From the IMG/VR virus record IMGVR_UViG_3300045141_000107, positions 1 to 64,000 of that record: a stretch of 64,000 bases of DNA; one strand, given 5' to 3'. The translations under genes were made by a program, and so were the position numbers. The notes under the pieces were generated by a model. The model made no database searches, was not told where the DNA came from, and saw only the letters and a list, made by a program, of their open reading frames with translations. This DNA comes from a virus. Positions 8,479 through 17,598 of this stretch are shown here, piece by piece. Positions within the stretch are counted from its first letter, which is position 1. Each line of letters starts with the position of its first letter.

Positions 8479-9584
8479 TTCCTAACCTCCTCGTGGGGTA
8501 TACCCATACTGCTAAGCTCCAGGTGTGCTGCATCCAGGATGTCTGCATACACTGCACGCAGTTTGTTCCAGCGGTACTGGCAATACATACGTAACATAAG
8601 CGCCCTGAACTCTGTGTTGTCTGGGAGTATGTCAAATGCCATGTCGTCAAAGCTGCGCTTGAATGCCCTGTAACTGAGCAATGTACGAATCACGTCGGTC
8701 CAGTACAGACCCACGGTGTTGTACATATCTTTGACGTCTATCTCGCCACCACCCCGCACTATACTTTCGTATCTGCGCAGGTTATCTGCAATCTCGTCAC
8801 TGGCCTGCATTGACGATGGCTGCACGTAATTGTAGATGTCGAACGCAGACACCCGCCTTGCCTCAGCATATTTATCTGCGTAGACGTGAAAGCTATCCTG
8901 CACTATGAACATGGTACCCACTGGGATATTCAGCGAAGCCGCAACCCACTCCTGTACATGCGACCACTGAACCATGTTGTACGGGATGCCCCAGATGGCA
9001 TCATTGCTACGAATAACCTGCATCCAATCCAGCTTGCCTTCTCTAATCATGGCATGCGCGTAGACGTTGCAAGCTCTGTCCACAGTGTTTACGGTGAAGT
9101 TGTCATGCAGGGGGTGGCTCATGACCATACTGGCTTGTCTGCTGTCAGGGTCACGCTTGAGTGTTTCAATTACATGCTCAAGCTGGTCAACCTTGGCACC
9201 AATCAGATCGAAGTGCCGCAGTCTTTCACCATACGCCGCATTGAAACGCATCACTCCCAACTGCCAATGCGGTGTACCACGCGACCCATCACCCTGGATG
9301 TCGATGATACCACTATTGTAGAACGACAATGCTTGTGCATCGTTCTGGCCTGTGATAATCTGCAATGCCTCAGCCAGTGCAAACGGAAGATTGAGCACTC
9401 TACCAAAGCAGCTTGTCAGCCTCTTGCGTGGGTGATGTATGAGAACGGTGGTGGGGTGCAACTCCATCGTGCGCTTACCCCTGGGAGAAGTCTCGGTACC
9501 TTTTGATAGCAGAACCTCAATCACTCCAGCGTAATAGTCATTTACGCCGTCTGCTACAAAATTCCAACCTTTGCTTTCTTTCAT
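8448..9584 (-). CDS. thymidylate synthase family, probable dUMP hydroxymethylase
   Basis: AYGERL, DPDSRQA, RACN (catalytic Cys), RSNDAIWGIPYN (Asn at the dUMP-specificity position), SFHVY; long C-terminal extension. Confidence 0.85.
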   Translation of the reverse strand: MKESKGWNFVADGVNDYYAGVIEVLLSKGTETSPRGKRTMELHPTTVLIHHPRKRLTSCFGRVLNLPFALAEALQIITGQNDAQALSFYNSGIIDIQGDGSRGTPHWQLGVMRFNAAYGERLRHFDLIGAKVDQLEHVIETLKRDPDSRQASMVMSHPLHDNFTVNTVDRACNVYAHAMIREGKLDWMQVIRSNDAIWGIPYNMVQWSHVQEWVAASLNIPVGTMFIVQDSFHVYADKYAEARRVSAFDIYNYVQPSSMQASDEIADNLRRYESIVRGGGEIDVKDMYNTVGLYWTDVIRTLLSYRAFKRSFDDMAFDILPDNTEFRALMLRMYCQYRWNKLRAVYADILDAAHLELSSMGIPHEEVRKWLGTQQARS

Positions 9585-9602
9585 GCTTGTGTTGCCTTAC
9601 AC

Positions 9603-10025
9603 CTACATTGTACTGGCTGGACCATCGCGCCGCCATACCGGGAAATACACATTAGATCTGTATACGTGCCCGTATCTGTTAGCTATAGACATCTTGCCCT
9701 TGTTGAGTCTACCCTGCCTTACTAAGGACTCGAGCATCTGCCACAGACTGTTCTTGTTTTGGAACTGAGTGATAAGCACCAGCTCTTTAGCAGTAAATGG
9801 CCCTAAGACCAGAGCAGCATATTCACAGCACTGTTGATACAAATCATCCAGTGTTTTATCACGTCCAGATTTGCGCTCGTCGAACGGTACTTTGCGCTCG
9901 CAATCATTTACAGTCCGGGCTATGTCATAACTCAGGGCTATGCGATAGCTAGGGCAATAGAATCCACCACCCTGGCGTTCTCGTAGCAGCTTGCAATCGA
10001 AGCAACTGCTAATCTGCCAGGACAC
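9603..10025 (-). CDS. Cys-rich + winged-HTH-like protein
   Basis: FTAKELV...SLWQMLESLVRQGRL. Confidence 0.5.
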   Translation of the reverse strand: MSWQISSCFDCKLLRERQGGGFYCPSYRIALSYDIARTVNDCERKVPFDERKSGRDKTLDDLYQQCCEYAALVLGPFTAKELVLITQFQNKNSLWQMLESLVRQGRLNKGKMSIANRYGHVYRSNVYFPVWRRDGPASTM

Positions 10026-10395
10026 CCGCCCATCTCCGCAGCTTCTGGTAATCTTCCTCGTACATGAAGATTCGCCAGTACAGGTATTTCCCCCTGCGGC
10101 CTACGGTTCTGCGGTGGTAGACAGCGCATATGCCTACGCTGTCTGGGACTTGCACAACGTCTTTTATACCGCGGAGTATACTACGTACGCTCCCGTAGCC
10201 ACCAAGCGAGTCGGTCCGCTTCACTTGGAATGCGTAAAGCTTGCGTCCCAACCAGATGTTGTCCAGTATCGACCTGCTCTGGCTGCTGCGTATCGCCACC
10301 AGCTTGTACGGGAGTTCCTCCCCTATCTTTCTTATTTCGTTTTCCTTTGTTTGACCCCAAGCCTTTCTTGAACCTTTTCTTGTCCACACCATCAC
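10009..10395 (-). CDS. hypothetical basic protein
   Basis: ORF coupled on both sides. Confidence 0.5.
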   Translation of the reverse strand: MMVWTRKGSRKAWGQTKENEIRKIGEELPYKLVAIRSSQSRSILDNIWLGRKLYAFQVKRTDSLGGYGSVRSILRGIKDVVQVPDSVGICAVYHRRTVGRRGKYLYWRIFMYEEDYQKLRRWAGVLAD

Positions 10396-10937
10396 TTAGC
10401 CAATCCGGGTGATACAAAGCAGGATTGGCAAGTCCATGGAAAGAACTTTGAAGAAGGCCTTCTTTCCATAATCCGTGGTACTCGAAGAAGAGACGCCCTT
10501 CCATCACAGAGGGGGCACTCAACACTAGGTAAACGGTTGTGTGCCCAGAATGTTCCCCTAAGACGTTGGGCAACCCCTTCAGGGCATCCAGCGCTCGACG
10601 GGATTCCAAGTTTAGGAGAACGTAGAGTGGTGCCACAATGCACGCAGGTCCACACATCTTCTCTAGCGGTTTGGGCCATGAGGCCCCACTGATGGTAACG
10701 TTGCTTGCGTTGGATCCAGGGTCGCTTGCGGGTGTAGTCATTGTAGGTTAGTGCTACTCCATCTGGTGGGAACTTGATTACACACCCAAGGCAACGCTTC
10801 GGGGTTACCCGTATACCCTGATAGTGTGTGAGTAGTATGAAACAGGGTCTGTTGCAGACTTTACAGGTGCGGCTCATGCCGTCTGTGGGCAACGTGTACG
10901 TGCCATGTTTCAGGATACGGTCCTCCAATTCAAACAT
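10392..10937 (-). CDS. multi-CxxC zinc-finger protein
   Basis: five CxxC pairs. Confidence 0.55.
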   Translation of the reverse strand: MFELEDRILKHGTYTLPTDGMSRTCKVCNRPCFILLTHYQGIRVTPKRCLGCVIKFPPDGVALTYNDYTRKRPWIQRKQRYHQWGLMAQTAREDVWTCVHCGTTLRSPKLGIPSSAGCPEGVAQRLRGTFWAHNRLPSVECPLCDGRASLLRVPRIMERRPSSKFFPWTCQSCFVSPGLAK

Positions 10938-11499
10938 CTAGCACACCCCACTGTTCAGCCATCGCGGCTGCAATGCCAGGGAAGGTGATGCTGCGTATCT
11001 TACCACGGTCTATACTAGATACATTGTCCAGACGGCGTGTATGAAACCGATGCGGCACATACTTGGTAGGTCTCAACAGGGGTAGGTTCTTGAGCCACAG
11101 GTGTGTCTTCTTGCGCTCTGTGTGCCCGTACTGCCAGGGATGAATCATCTGGTCTGGCTGTCTTATGCGTGTGCTTATAAGACCCACAGGATTCTCGATA
11201 CAGATACGGCGTATAGGTGCATTCATAAGCACGCGCACAAACTCTAGTGCCTCGCGCGTAAGCGCCTTGCGTCCAGGAGCGCGGTACCACACTGCACCCG
11301 AAATAGCCAGGTACGTGCAGGGTGGGTGTGCGATCATAATGTCCCAGCCGTCGTGGAGTATGTTTCGTACGTCTCCACGGTAATGGTAGCCAGGGTTACT
11401 TTCGCTACGCTGTAAATCACAAGACACAGCAAAATGCCCGCGAGCAGAGAATGCATCGCGGACATGACCTGAGAACTCGCATGCCACCAGCACGCGCAC
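10930..11499 (-). CDS. phage C5-cytosine DNA methyltransferase-like protein (minimal)
   Basis: VLVACEFSG, IAHPPCTYL (motif IV), IENPVG (motif VI), RSITFPGIAAAMAEQWG. Confidence 0.8.
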   Translation of the reverse strand: MRVLVACEFSGHVRDAFSARGHFAVSCDLQRSESNPGYHYRGDVRNILHDGWDIMIAHPPCTYLAISGAVWYRAPGRKALTREALEFVRVLMNAPIRRICIENPVGLISTRIRQPDQMIHPWQYGHTERKKTHLWLKNLPLLRPTKYVPHRFHTRRLDNVSSIDRGKIRSITFPGIAAAMAEQWGVLDV

Positions 11500-11504
11500 A
11501 CTGA

Positions 11505-11714
11505 TTACGTGCCTTTGCAGCGATTCATCACATCGTTCTGGTACTGAGCAAGCGCCATAATCGCCGCGTTTACACGCGAACAAATCATCAACGCTTCCAG
11601 CGTAGCACCCTTGTCTTCAACCACGCCCAGAACCTCGAGGTTGAAGGCTTTGTTCAGGTGTTCGTCAACTTGTCTCTCTGTAGCTAGTGCCAGCTCGGCT
11701 AAAGTGCTTACCAC
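11505..11714 (-). CDS. hypothetical protein
   Basis: ORF after promoter. Confidence 0.55.
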   Translation of the reverse strand: MVSTLAELALATERQVDEHLNKAFNLEVLGVVEDKGATLEALMICSRVNAAIMALAQYQNDVMNRCKGT

Positions 11715-11720
11715 CCACCC

Positions 11721-11750
11721 ACTATAACTGTCGCAGCTAATCTAGCGCAA
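11721..11750 (-). promoter_or_regulatory. sigma70-type promoter
   Basis: TTGCGC-N18-TATAGT. Confidence 0.6.
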
Positions 11751-11766
11751 TCCCCACGTTGAGCAG

Positions 11767-12045
11767 TTACTGAGCAGTTTGTGAGCCAGTCTGGGGCTTG
11801 TACTGCGCAGCGAGCTTGTCAGCTTCATCCAGGTGCTTGCGAATCACTTCATGTCGGTTACCCCTGGCAGCAAGAATGTGCTTGCTGTCTACAGACAAAC
11901 CAAGGCGCGTGCCATCTGGGTGTTTGATATAGATGCGCATCAAGCCCGTCTTCTTGCGCACCACAACCCTGACCATAGTGGGGCCATCACTCGTGTCAAA
12001 AACGGTCTTGTGTACAGGGGTCGTCCAACCATTGTCTGAAGCCAT
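11767..12045 (-). CDS. hypothetical protein
   Basis: likely start MASDNGW with SD GGAGGTG. Confidence 0.6.
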   Translation of the reverse strand: MASDNGWTTPVHKTVFDTSDGPTMVRVVVRKKTGLMRIYIKHPDGTRLGLSVDSKHILAARGNRHEVIRKHLDEADKLAAQYKPQTGSQTAQ

Positions 12046-12053
12046 AGCAGCTA

Positions 12054-12614
12054 CTATACACCTCCACCCCGTCCTGAAACAATCCGCATCTCTGCCATAC
12101 GCCACATACTCTCTCGATCCAGCGCGTTTACGTACATCTGGAAATCTTTCGTTAAGGCATCCAACGCTTCTTCGAGTACGATAAGGTTATCCAGTTCGCG
12201 TTCCATACCAGATATACGCTTACTGGCCTGAACCTTACCGTGTATAGCGTCAACGTAGATCTTGCTGCTACGCTCTGGGGCAAATATGCGGAATAGCCTT
12301 TTCTTAGCTCGGTCCAGTCTGCGCTCTGCGGCTTTCTTCTCACCCCTGGTTATGCCGAGCAAAGCGTTGACACGAGCAAACTGCGCTGCCCAATACGACT
12401 GTAGCGCTCTCAGTTCACGTGGCTGCACCATTGTGATGTCAGTAGGGAAAGCATCGTCTTTGGTAATGTCCGGCATCTGGGCTGGAAATGGTATACTGAG
12501 TCGTGCCAGTGTTTCGAGCAGTTCCGCCCTTGGAACTACCATTTCCAGGCTTTGGATCATACGTGGCGTCAGTGGTGCTACTGCCGCTATATTCGTATGG
12601 TCCTTAGCGGGCAT
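12054..12614 (-). CDS. coiled-coil protein, UvsY-like recombination mediator candidate
   Basis: long helical hairpin pattern; same operon as RecA and exonuclease. Confidence 0.5.
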   Translation of the reverse strand: MPAKDHTNIAAVAPLTPRMIQSLEMVVPRAELLETLARLSIPFPAQMPDITKDDAFPTDITMVQPRELRALQSYWAAQFARVNALLGITRGEKKAAERRLDRAKKRLFRIFAPERSSKIYVDAIHGKVQASKRISGMERELDNLIVLEEALDALTKDFQMYVNALDRESMWRMAEMRIVSGRGGGV

Positions 12615-12945
12615 CTATCCACTCCTTACCGCAACCAGGATGTGGGCACCTAGCGAGAAGCCCGTCCGGCAAGTCGTTTCCCCGATACGTTTCCACGACC
12701 GTTCCGTCCAGCGGACAAACCAACGCTACGATAAACCCCCTTCGGTTTCCTATCAGTTGCGCTAGATTGAGTTTGTCCATGTCGTTCTGTGTCAGGGCTA
12801 TCCTCTTGCTCAGGTGGCCTTTGACTTCGCTTCCCATTGCGCTTGGCCGCCAGTTGAAGTTGACAAAACCTGCAACCGGATAGACCTTCGAGCGATTTTG
12901 CGTTCTGGTGCTTTTTGTAGATCCCTTTGAGGTGCCAGCAGGCAT
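12604..12945 (-). CDS. Zn-ribbon protein
   Basis: CPLDG...CPHPGC; start uncertain. Confidence 0.5.
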   Translation of the reverse strand: MPAGTSKGSTKSTRTQNRSKVYPVAGFVNFNWRPSAMGSEVKGHLSKRIALTQNDMDKLNLAQLIGNRRGFIVALVCPLDGTVVETYRGNDLPDGLLARCPHPGCGKEWIDAR

Positions 12946-13222
12946 GGCAGAGTATTAGAACCTTCTTTCCAACAGAATGGTACTGTGGTGCGTCTTTGTC
13001 GGAGCCGCTTACTGAGTAATACTTACGTTCTCCGCACAGAGCGCAAGTATATCTGCTTATCTGTACCTCAAACGGGTCGAATGTAGGGTGGGACTTACCT
13101 GGGTTCTTTGCTTCCCACTTCAAGCGCGCTTTGTGGAGAAGCAACCAGTGCCTCTTTTGCCACGTCTCCAGCTTTACCATGTGTATGCCTACAGTATACA
13201 GGCTGGGACGTTCTGGCAGCAC
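12650..13222 (-). CDS. Zn-finger protein with long overlap
   Basis: CALC...CHAC; abuts upstream stop. Confidence 0.5.
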   Translation of the reverse strand: MLPERPSLYTVGIHMVKLETWQKRHWLLLHKARLKWEAKNPGKSHPTFDPFEVQISRYTCALCGERKYYSVSGSDKDAPQYHSVGKKVLILCHACWHLKGIYKKHQNAKSLEGLSGCRFCQLQLAAKRNGKRSQRPPEQEDSPDTERHGQTQSSATDRKPKGVYRSVGLSAGRNGRGNVSGKRLAGRASR

Positions 13223-13582
13223 TCAGGGTTTTGTAAGATCCTCGATAGTGGACTTTACCTCTGCAAGCTCTTCGTCACTGGATGTTTCCAGGTGTTGATG
13301 AATTAGCTCGTTGCGCCCCTCAGGCAAGGCCCGGATGATCTCGTCCAGTTTCAGATGGATAGCAGCACTATCACGGTTCTGGGTATTCTGGATAATGAAC
13401 ACTAGCAAGAACGTGAGTACCGTAGTCCCGGTATTGATAACCAACTGCCACGTATCAGAGAAACCAAATATCGGTCCCGATATGGCCCACACCACACATG
13501 CAGCAAGCGAGATCACAAATGCCAGTGGGTGTCCGGTCCAGTTACCAACCAGGGTTGAAAACCGCGTAAAAGCAGCTTTCAT
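13223..13582 (-). CDS. low-affinity iron permease family (Fet4-like) membrane protein
   Basis: GPIFGFSDTWQLVINTGTTVLTFLLVFIIQNTQNRDSAAIHLKLDEII signature. Confidence 0.9.
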   Translation of the reverse strand: MKAAFTRFSTLVGNWTGHPLAFVISLAACVVWAISGPIFGFSDTWQLVINTGTTVLTFLLVFIIQNTQNRDSAAIHLKLDEIIRALPEGRNELIHQHLETSSDEELAEVKSTIEDLTKP

Positions 13583-14394
13583 TGGCCTGCCTGCGTAAGA
13601 CGTAGACAGTTTAGATTCTGCCTGCAATTGGCAAACATTCTATCGCCAGGTTGAACATGACCCTTATCATCCATGGTACAACCATGTGCAGGAAGTGTGC
13701 CATCCTTACGGTGCTGACGCAAGATTTTGTACTGAGCACGTAGCTGGTTGATTAGTGCCATATCCCGATGCACAGGCAGCTCAAAGTACTCTTGCGTGTT
13801 CTTATTCTCAAACCACAAGATGGCCTTGTTGATGTGGAGCGCCTGCATGTAGTTGTGTATCTGCCAGTTGTACCCTTGCAGATGATCAGGCAGTTTCTTG
13901 CTACGTGCTATCTCCTTGAAGATGGCATCATTGGCACCCTTCACATCGACGACGTAAACTTCCCCATCTATCTCAATTACGTCGTCAGGTGTTCCGGCCA
14001 CAAACCACGGCAGATACTCCACCATTTCCTCTTGCGCGTGTACCTTTAGGTACCCGTGCCGCTGCATGCGTAGAAATATCGTGTGCCATCTAAGGTGTCG
14101 CCAATGCCCATCGTCGAACAGGTTGTTGGTATGGGGGTTGTCATCCAGACGTCCTTCCATACCATTGATAGCAAGCATCTGTTCACGTAAGCAGCGCTTG
14201 GAACCAGATGGGCTGAAGTAAGTCTTCTGCCGTGGTAGGTTACGAGCCATGATGAGTTTGGCAGCAAACAGTGCCTCAGACTTGGTGAAGTTACCAAGGT
14301 CTTGCGTGATCAGGAACTGGTCTACTAGGGACGTCAGTACCTTGTCCGGATCACGCCTGTTTTTGAGGTACTGTTTGATGTCAAAGCCAGGCAT
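13579..14394 (-). CDS. Cas4-like PD-(D/E)XK exonuclease
   Basis: SPS..RC, GTPD, VVDVKG, QIHNYM, C-terminal Cys triad. Confidence 0.8.
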   Translation of the reverse strand: MPGFDIKQYLKNRRDPDKVLTSLVDQFLITQDLGNFTKSEALFAAKLIMARNLPRQKTYFSPSGSKRCLREQMLAINGMEGRLDDNPHTNNLFDDGHWRHLRWHTIFLRMQRHGYLKVHAQEEMVEYLPWFVAGTPDDVIEIDGEVYVVDVKGANDAIFKEIARSKKLPDHLQGYNWQIHNYMQALHINKAILWFENKNTQEYFELPVHRDMALINQLRAQYKILRQHRKDGTLPAHGCTMDDKGHVQPGDRMFANCRQNLNCLRLTQAGQ

Positions 14395-14633
14395 TATCGG
14401 TTCTTCTTTGCCAGGACTTCCGCTTTGAATTTGATGAGGTCTGTCATGCAATCCATGCAGATGCGGTCGTTGTTGAACGGCAACGGTTTGGTGTCGTTAT
14501 CCTCTATAAGGATAAATCTCCACATATGTGGTAGACCGTAGAATGCTACTACGGTAGTTCCGCAAGCATCACAAACTGTTTCATGCTCTCGCGTAGGGAC
14601 GACATTGGAAACAGGAGTCTCGGTCACATCCAT
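14394..14633 (-). CDS. Zn-ribbon protein
   Basis: CDAC...CMDC. Confidence 0.6.
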   Translation of the reverse strand: MDVTETPVSNVVPTREHETVCDACGTTVVAFYGLPHMWRFILIEDNDTKPLPFNNDRICMDCMTDLIKFKAEVLAKKNR

Positions 14634-14916
14634 TAGTCTTTACTGGGAACCCTTTCTTCTTCAGGAACATTCGGTCGCATCTGCTCAACAAATGCGGACT
14701 TGGGACCAACACTATGCGGTCCTCTGTCTTGGTTACCTTGGTCTTGAACCACACCTTCCGTTTGGTAATGAACATCAATCGATGATACGTGCCGAACATC
14801 TCTTGAATCCACTGGCTCCGTACCCCTACCGGCATGTTCCTGGGCAATAGATATACCCACTTGAGGGTTGTTATATCTTGGGGGTCGCCCTGGATCTGGA
14901 ACGCTCTCGCTTCCAT
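14581..14916 (-). CDS. hypothetical protein
   Basis: SD AGGAG; overlaps 14633..15052. Confidence 0.45.
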   Translation of the reverse strand: MEARAFQIQGDPQDITTLKWVYLLPRNMPVGVRSQWIQEMFGTYHRLMFITKRKVWFKTKVTKTEDRIVLVPSPHLLSRCDRMFLKKKGFPVKTNGCDRDSCFQCRPYARA

Positions 14917-15052
14917 AGCACTCCTGACATATTATGGTCTCGCGTAGTCTACAGCCAGTCGGTCCAGCAGCCATGACGCACGTAGCAATCGGATAGACTA
15001 TCACCCCGCACTCTACACACTTCATATTAGCGTGCCTATGCCAGCCTGCCAT
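14633..15052 (-). CDS. Zn-ribbon protein with long overlap
   Basis: CVEC...CQEC. Confidence 0.4.
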   Translation of the reverse strand: MAGWHRHANMKCVECGVIVYPIATCVMAAGPTGCRLRETIICQECYGSESVPDPGRPPRYNNPQVGISIAQEHAGRGTEPVDSRDVRHVSSIDVHYQTEGVVQDQGNQDRGPHSVGPKSAFVEQMRPNVPEEERVPSKD

Positions 15053-15054
15053 GC

Positions 15055-15348
15055 CTACACTTTAGCATGCAGGAGCTTCTTTATGTGCTCTGCAAGAGTT
15101 TCTGAATAGTAGGCCAGCTTGTTGAACTGTTCTTCCATCTCAACCATAGCTTGCCATAGTTCGTCGCGCGTAGGATGCTGGAAATCTTGCATACGGGACT
15201 GTTCTAGATCATCCTGTAGTAGTTTGACAAATTCCTTCAGTGCAACGAAGTGTCCGATTGGGGTGGTATGATCAGTACCAGGAAGGATGGCTATTTCACA
15301 AACATGACAGATGGGAGGAGTAGATTGACCAGGCGACTGACCTTGCAT
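15055..15348 (-). CDS. hypothetical protein (CxxC + coiled coil)
   Basis: CHVC; probable start MQGQSPG. Confidence 0.5.
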   Translation of the reverse strand: MQGQSPGQSTPPICHVCEIAILPGTDHTTPIGHFVALKEFVKLLQDDLEQSRMQDFQHPTRDELWQAMVEMEEQFNKLAYYSETLAEHIKKLLHAKV

Positions 15349-15359
15349 ATCATGAATAC

Positions 15360-15701
15360 CTATGTTCGTGTCAGATTTTGGCGAGTCACTATGTCGGCTG
15401 GTAACACCACCAGATTGATTGGCTTCCCATGCGTCTGGAGGAAAGTAATCTGGAGGCAAGGGGCTAGGCCCTCTTTTGCCGCCGCCGCCTGGAGTGCCTT
15501 CCAATCTGCTACGCGAATGGAGAAGGATAAACGCTCTGTTTGCTTGTTGTCTGTTAATAGCTCTTCATCCTTAACGTCCATCTTAGCGTGCCAAAATCTA
15601 CCAGACGAGGGCTGAGCACGCCCACCGCGTGCTTTAGCCCAATTCTCCTCGTGCTTCTTGTTGTCCTTAGTGGGCTTGTCTGCCCACTTAGGCCGACTCA
15701 T
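15360..15701 (-). CDS. Holliday junction resolvase-like PD-(D/E)XK nuclease
   Basis: HE..WAK..GG..QPSSG....KMDV....LTDNKQT...SFSI...W. Confidence 0.7.
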   Translation of the reverse strand: MSRPKWADKPTKDNKKHEENWAKARGGRAQPSSGRFWHAKMDVKDEELLTDNKQTERLSFSIRVADWKALQAAAAKEGLAPCLQITFLQTHGKPINLVVLPADIVTRQNLTRT

Positions 15702-15954
15702 CTTCCTGCGGCGGGTGCATATGCATCATCTCGTGGTTGAACTTCGTTGTCCACCACATACCATGCCAATCCCTCGTCAGGATAAATGCCTTGCTGTAGT
15801 GAAATCCCGATTCCTGCAATTTCTGAAAGTAGGTATAGAACATTTTGGCAAGGTCGTCTAGTCCCTGGCCTACCTGGTCACTTTCGTGTGTTCCAACCAG
15901 ATTGCGCAAGAACTCTTCTGCCTCATCGCCTACACTACGTTCTTCTTTCGCCAT
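15688..15954 (-). CDS. hypothetical protein
   Basis: SD AGGAGA. Confidence 0.65.
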   Translation of the reverse strand: MAKEERSVGDEAEEFLRNLVGTHESDQVGQGLDDLAKMFYTYFQKLQESGFHYSKAFILTRDWHGMWWTTKFNHEMMHMHPPQEDESA

Positions 15955-15962
15955 TCTTTCTC

Positions 15963-16571
15963 CTATACGGGTGGTGGTTGTATTGCGTCACCCTGACTAA
16001 CAGGGTATATTTCTTCCGCATCAGTAATTATAACACCACCCACGTTTGCTGACAAACTCACGTAGTTGACCAGATGTGTGACTGTGAACAGATAATCACA
16101 CAGATACTCTTGCAGGTCATGCACAATATCTTCAGTGATACTAGGCTGCATCTGTATCATCATCGACATATAGCCAGGATTGGGAGTAGGTGCTGCGTCT
16201 GGTGGCGTCAGCGGTGTTGCAGACGCAGCGATCTGCGTGCCACTATTGGGTATGGTGCCACCCTGAGCTAATGGTGTGACAGGCAGTGCAAAGTATCCAG
16301 CTTTGTCTGTCGCCACATCTGTCATGGTAAACGTTGCCCAACGTGTATTGTCTTGGAACTGTTCCAGACGTACAACGTCACCAACCTTCAGTTGTGACAG
16401 GTCATTGGCTCTGTTTATGTTGTTGTTATCAGTAGTGGTGACATTGATTACAGTAGCAGAGTCCCAACCACCAGTGTCGGTTCTTGCTTGTTTAGCAGGC
16501 GGAGGCACAGAAGTCTGGGTATTCCATACCCAATCGCCTTTGGGGGCATGTCCCCCTACTTCAGTCGCCAC
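15963..16571 (-). CDS. hypothetical protein with tail-fibre-like beta domain
   Basis: coupled to recA; beta-rich N-terminal 120 aa. Confidence 0.65.
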   Translation of the reverse strand: MATEVGGHAPKGDWVWNTQTSVPPPAKQARTDTGGWDSATVINVTTTDNNNINRANDLSQLKVGDVVRLEQFQDNTRWATFTMTDVATDKAGYFALPVTPLAQGGTIPNSGTQIAASATPLTPPDAAPTPNPGYMSMMIQMQPSITEDIVHDLQEYLCDYLFTVTHLVNYVSLSANVGGVIITDAEEIYPVSQGDAIQPPPV

Positions 16572-17598
16572 TATGCGCCAGCACTTTCACCGCTGCTTCC
16601 AAGCGGGTTGCTATCTTGACGTCTCGTTCCAGCAGGTTGAGGAATGCAGTACGCATCATGGGTTGTGTCCATTTGGTAGTGTACCTGAGGCCAATCTGTT
16701 CTACCGCACCAACTTCCAAGCCTAGTTGGAGCAGCTCGCTGTATCTATCCACCGCACGTAAAGCGAATAGATAGCGGAAGGTACCGTCCCTTTCCGCGTT
16801 CGCACCAGTCTTGTCCTTTTCGACGCGTACTCGGACCACCCGCCCAACAGTACCATCCTTCTCAACGACTTTGCCGTTTTCAACCTTGCGGGTTTTTCCT
16901 TTGATAGCTTCACCCTTTCGGAAGTCGACTCGTTGAGAAGCGAAGAATCCGAATGCACGTCCTCCCACTGGTTTCTCGGGGTTGCCATAGTGGACACCTA
17001 CGTTCTCCCTGACCTGGTTTATCAAGACGACCGCTGTGCCACCAGAATTTACAGCGTTCCACTTACGTGCCATCTTGCTGGTTAGCTTACCCATTTTGCC
17101 CATTTGGGAAGCTTCTGCGGACTCCTCTAGCTCATCTTTGGGTACCAGTGCGGCTATACTGTCCACCCCTAGTAGGTCGAAGCTCCCTGAGCGTATTAGT
17201 GCTTCGCCCACATCGATGATCTCTTCGCCCACTTCCAGCTCGCCTACCATGTACAGGCTTTCTAGGTCTACACCAAGGCGAGCTGCGTGCACAGGATCGA
17301 AACTATGCTCCGCATCCATCAAGGCGCAGTTGCGTCCCGCCGCTTGTGCTAGCGCTATCGTCCTGTACAAGGCATGACTCTTCAGGGCTGCATACTGGCC
17401 GTAGAATTCCGTGATTCTCCCTAGCGCGATTCCACCACCCAAAAGGAAATCTAACGTTAGTATCCCGGTCGAGATCCTCCGAATCTGGAACTTCGGGTCC
17501 GATGCGCGGAAGAGCACCTGCTTCCCGAATCTCTTCTGCAATATCGTCTGCACTTCCGCTAGTTGTGGTGGCGCAGTGGTGGCAGACTTCGACCTCAT
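16561..17598 (-). CDS. recA: RecA-family recombinase
   Basis: ISTGILTLDFLLGGG, DAEH, VDSIAALVP, INQVRE, GGRA. Confidence 0.95.
   Translation of the reverse strand: MRSKSATTAPPQLAEVQTILQKRFGKQVLFRASDPKFQIRRISTGILTLDFLLGGGIALGRITEFYGQYAALKSHALYRTIALAQAAGRNCALMDAEHSFDPVHAARLGVDLESLYMVGELEVGEEIIDVGEALIRSGSFDLLGVDSIAALVPKDELEESAEASQMGKMGKLTSKMARKWNAVNSGGTAVVLINQVRENVGVHYGNPEKPVGGRAFGFFASQRVDFRKGEAIKGKTRKVENGKVVEKDGTVGRVVRVRVEKDKTGANAERDGTFRYLFALRAVDRYSELLQLGLEVGAVEQIGLRYTTKWTQPMMRTAFLNLLERDVKIATRLEAAVKVLAHSGD

Noticed and set aside
8448-9584. dCMP hydroxymethylase (T4-like glucosyl-hmC pathway)
   Set aside because: The specificity residue is Asn rather than Asp, and the aGPT-PPlase points to thymine; disfavoured but not excluded.
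13579-14394. Cas4-like gene as evidence of a CRISPR system
   Set aside because: No repeat-spacer array or other cas genes seen; it sits in a recombination operon.
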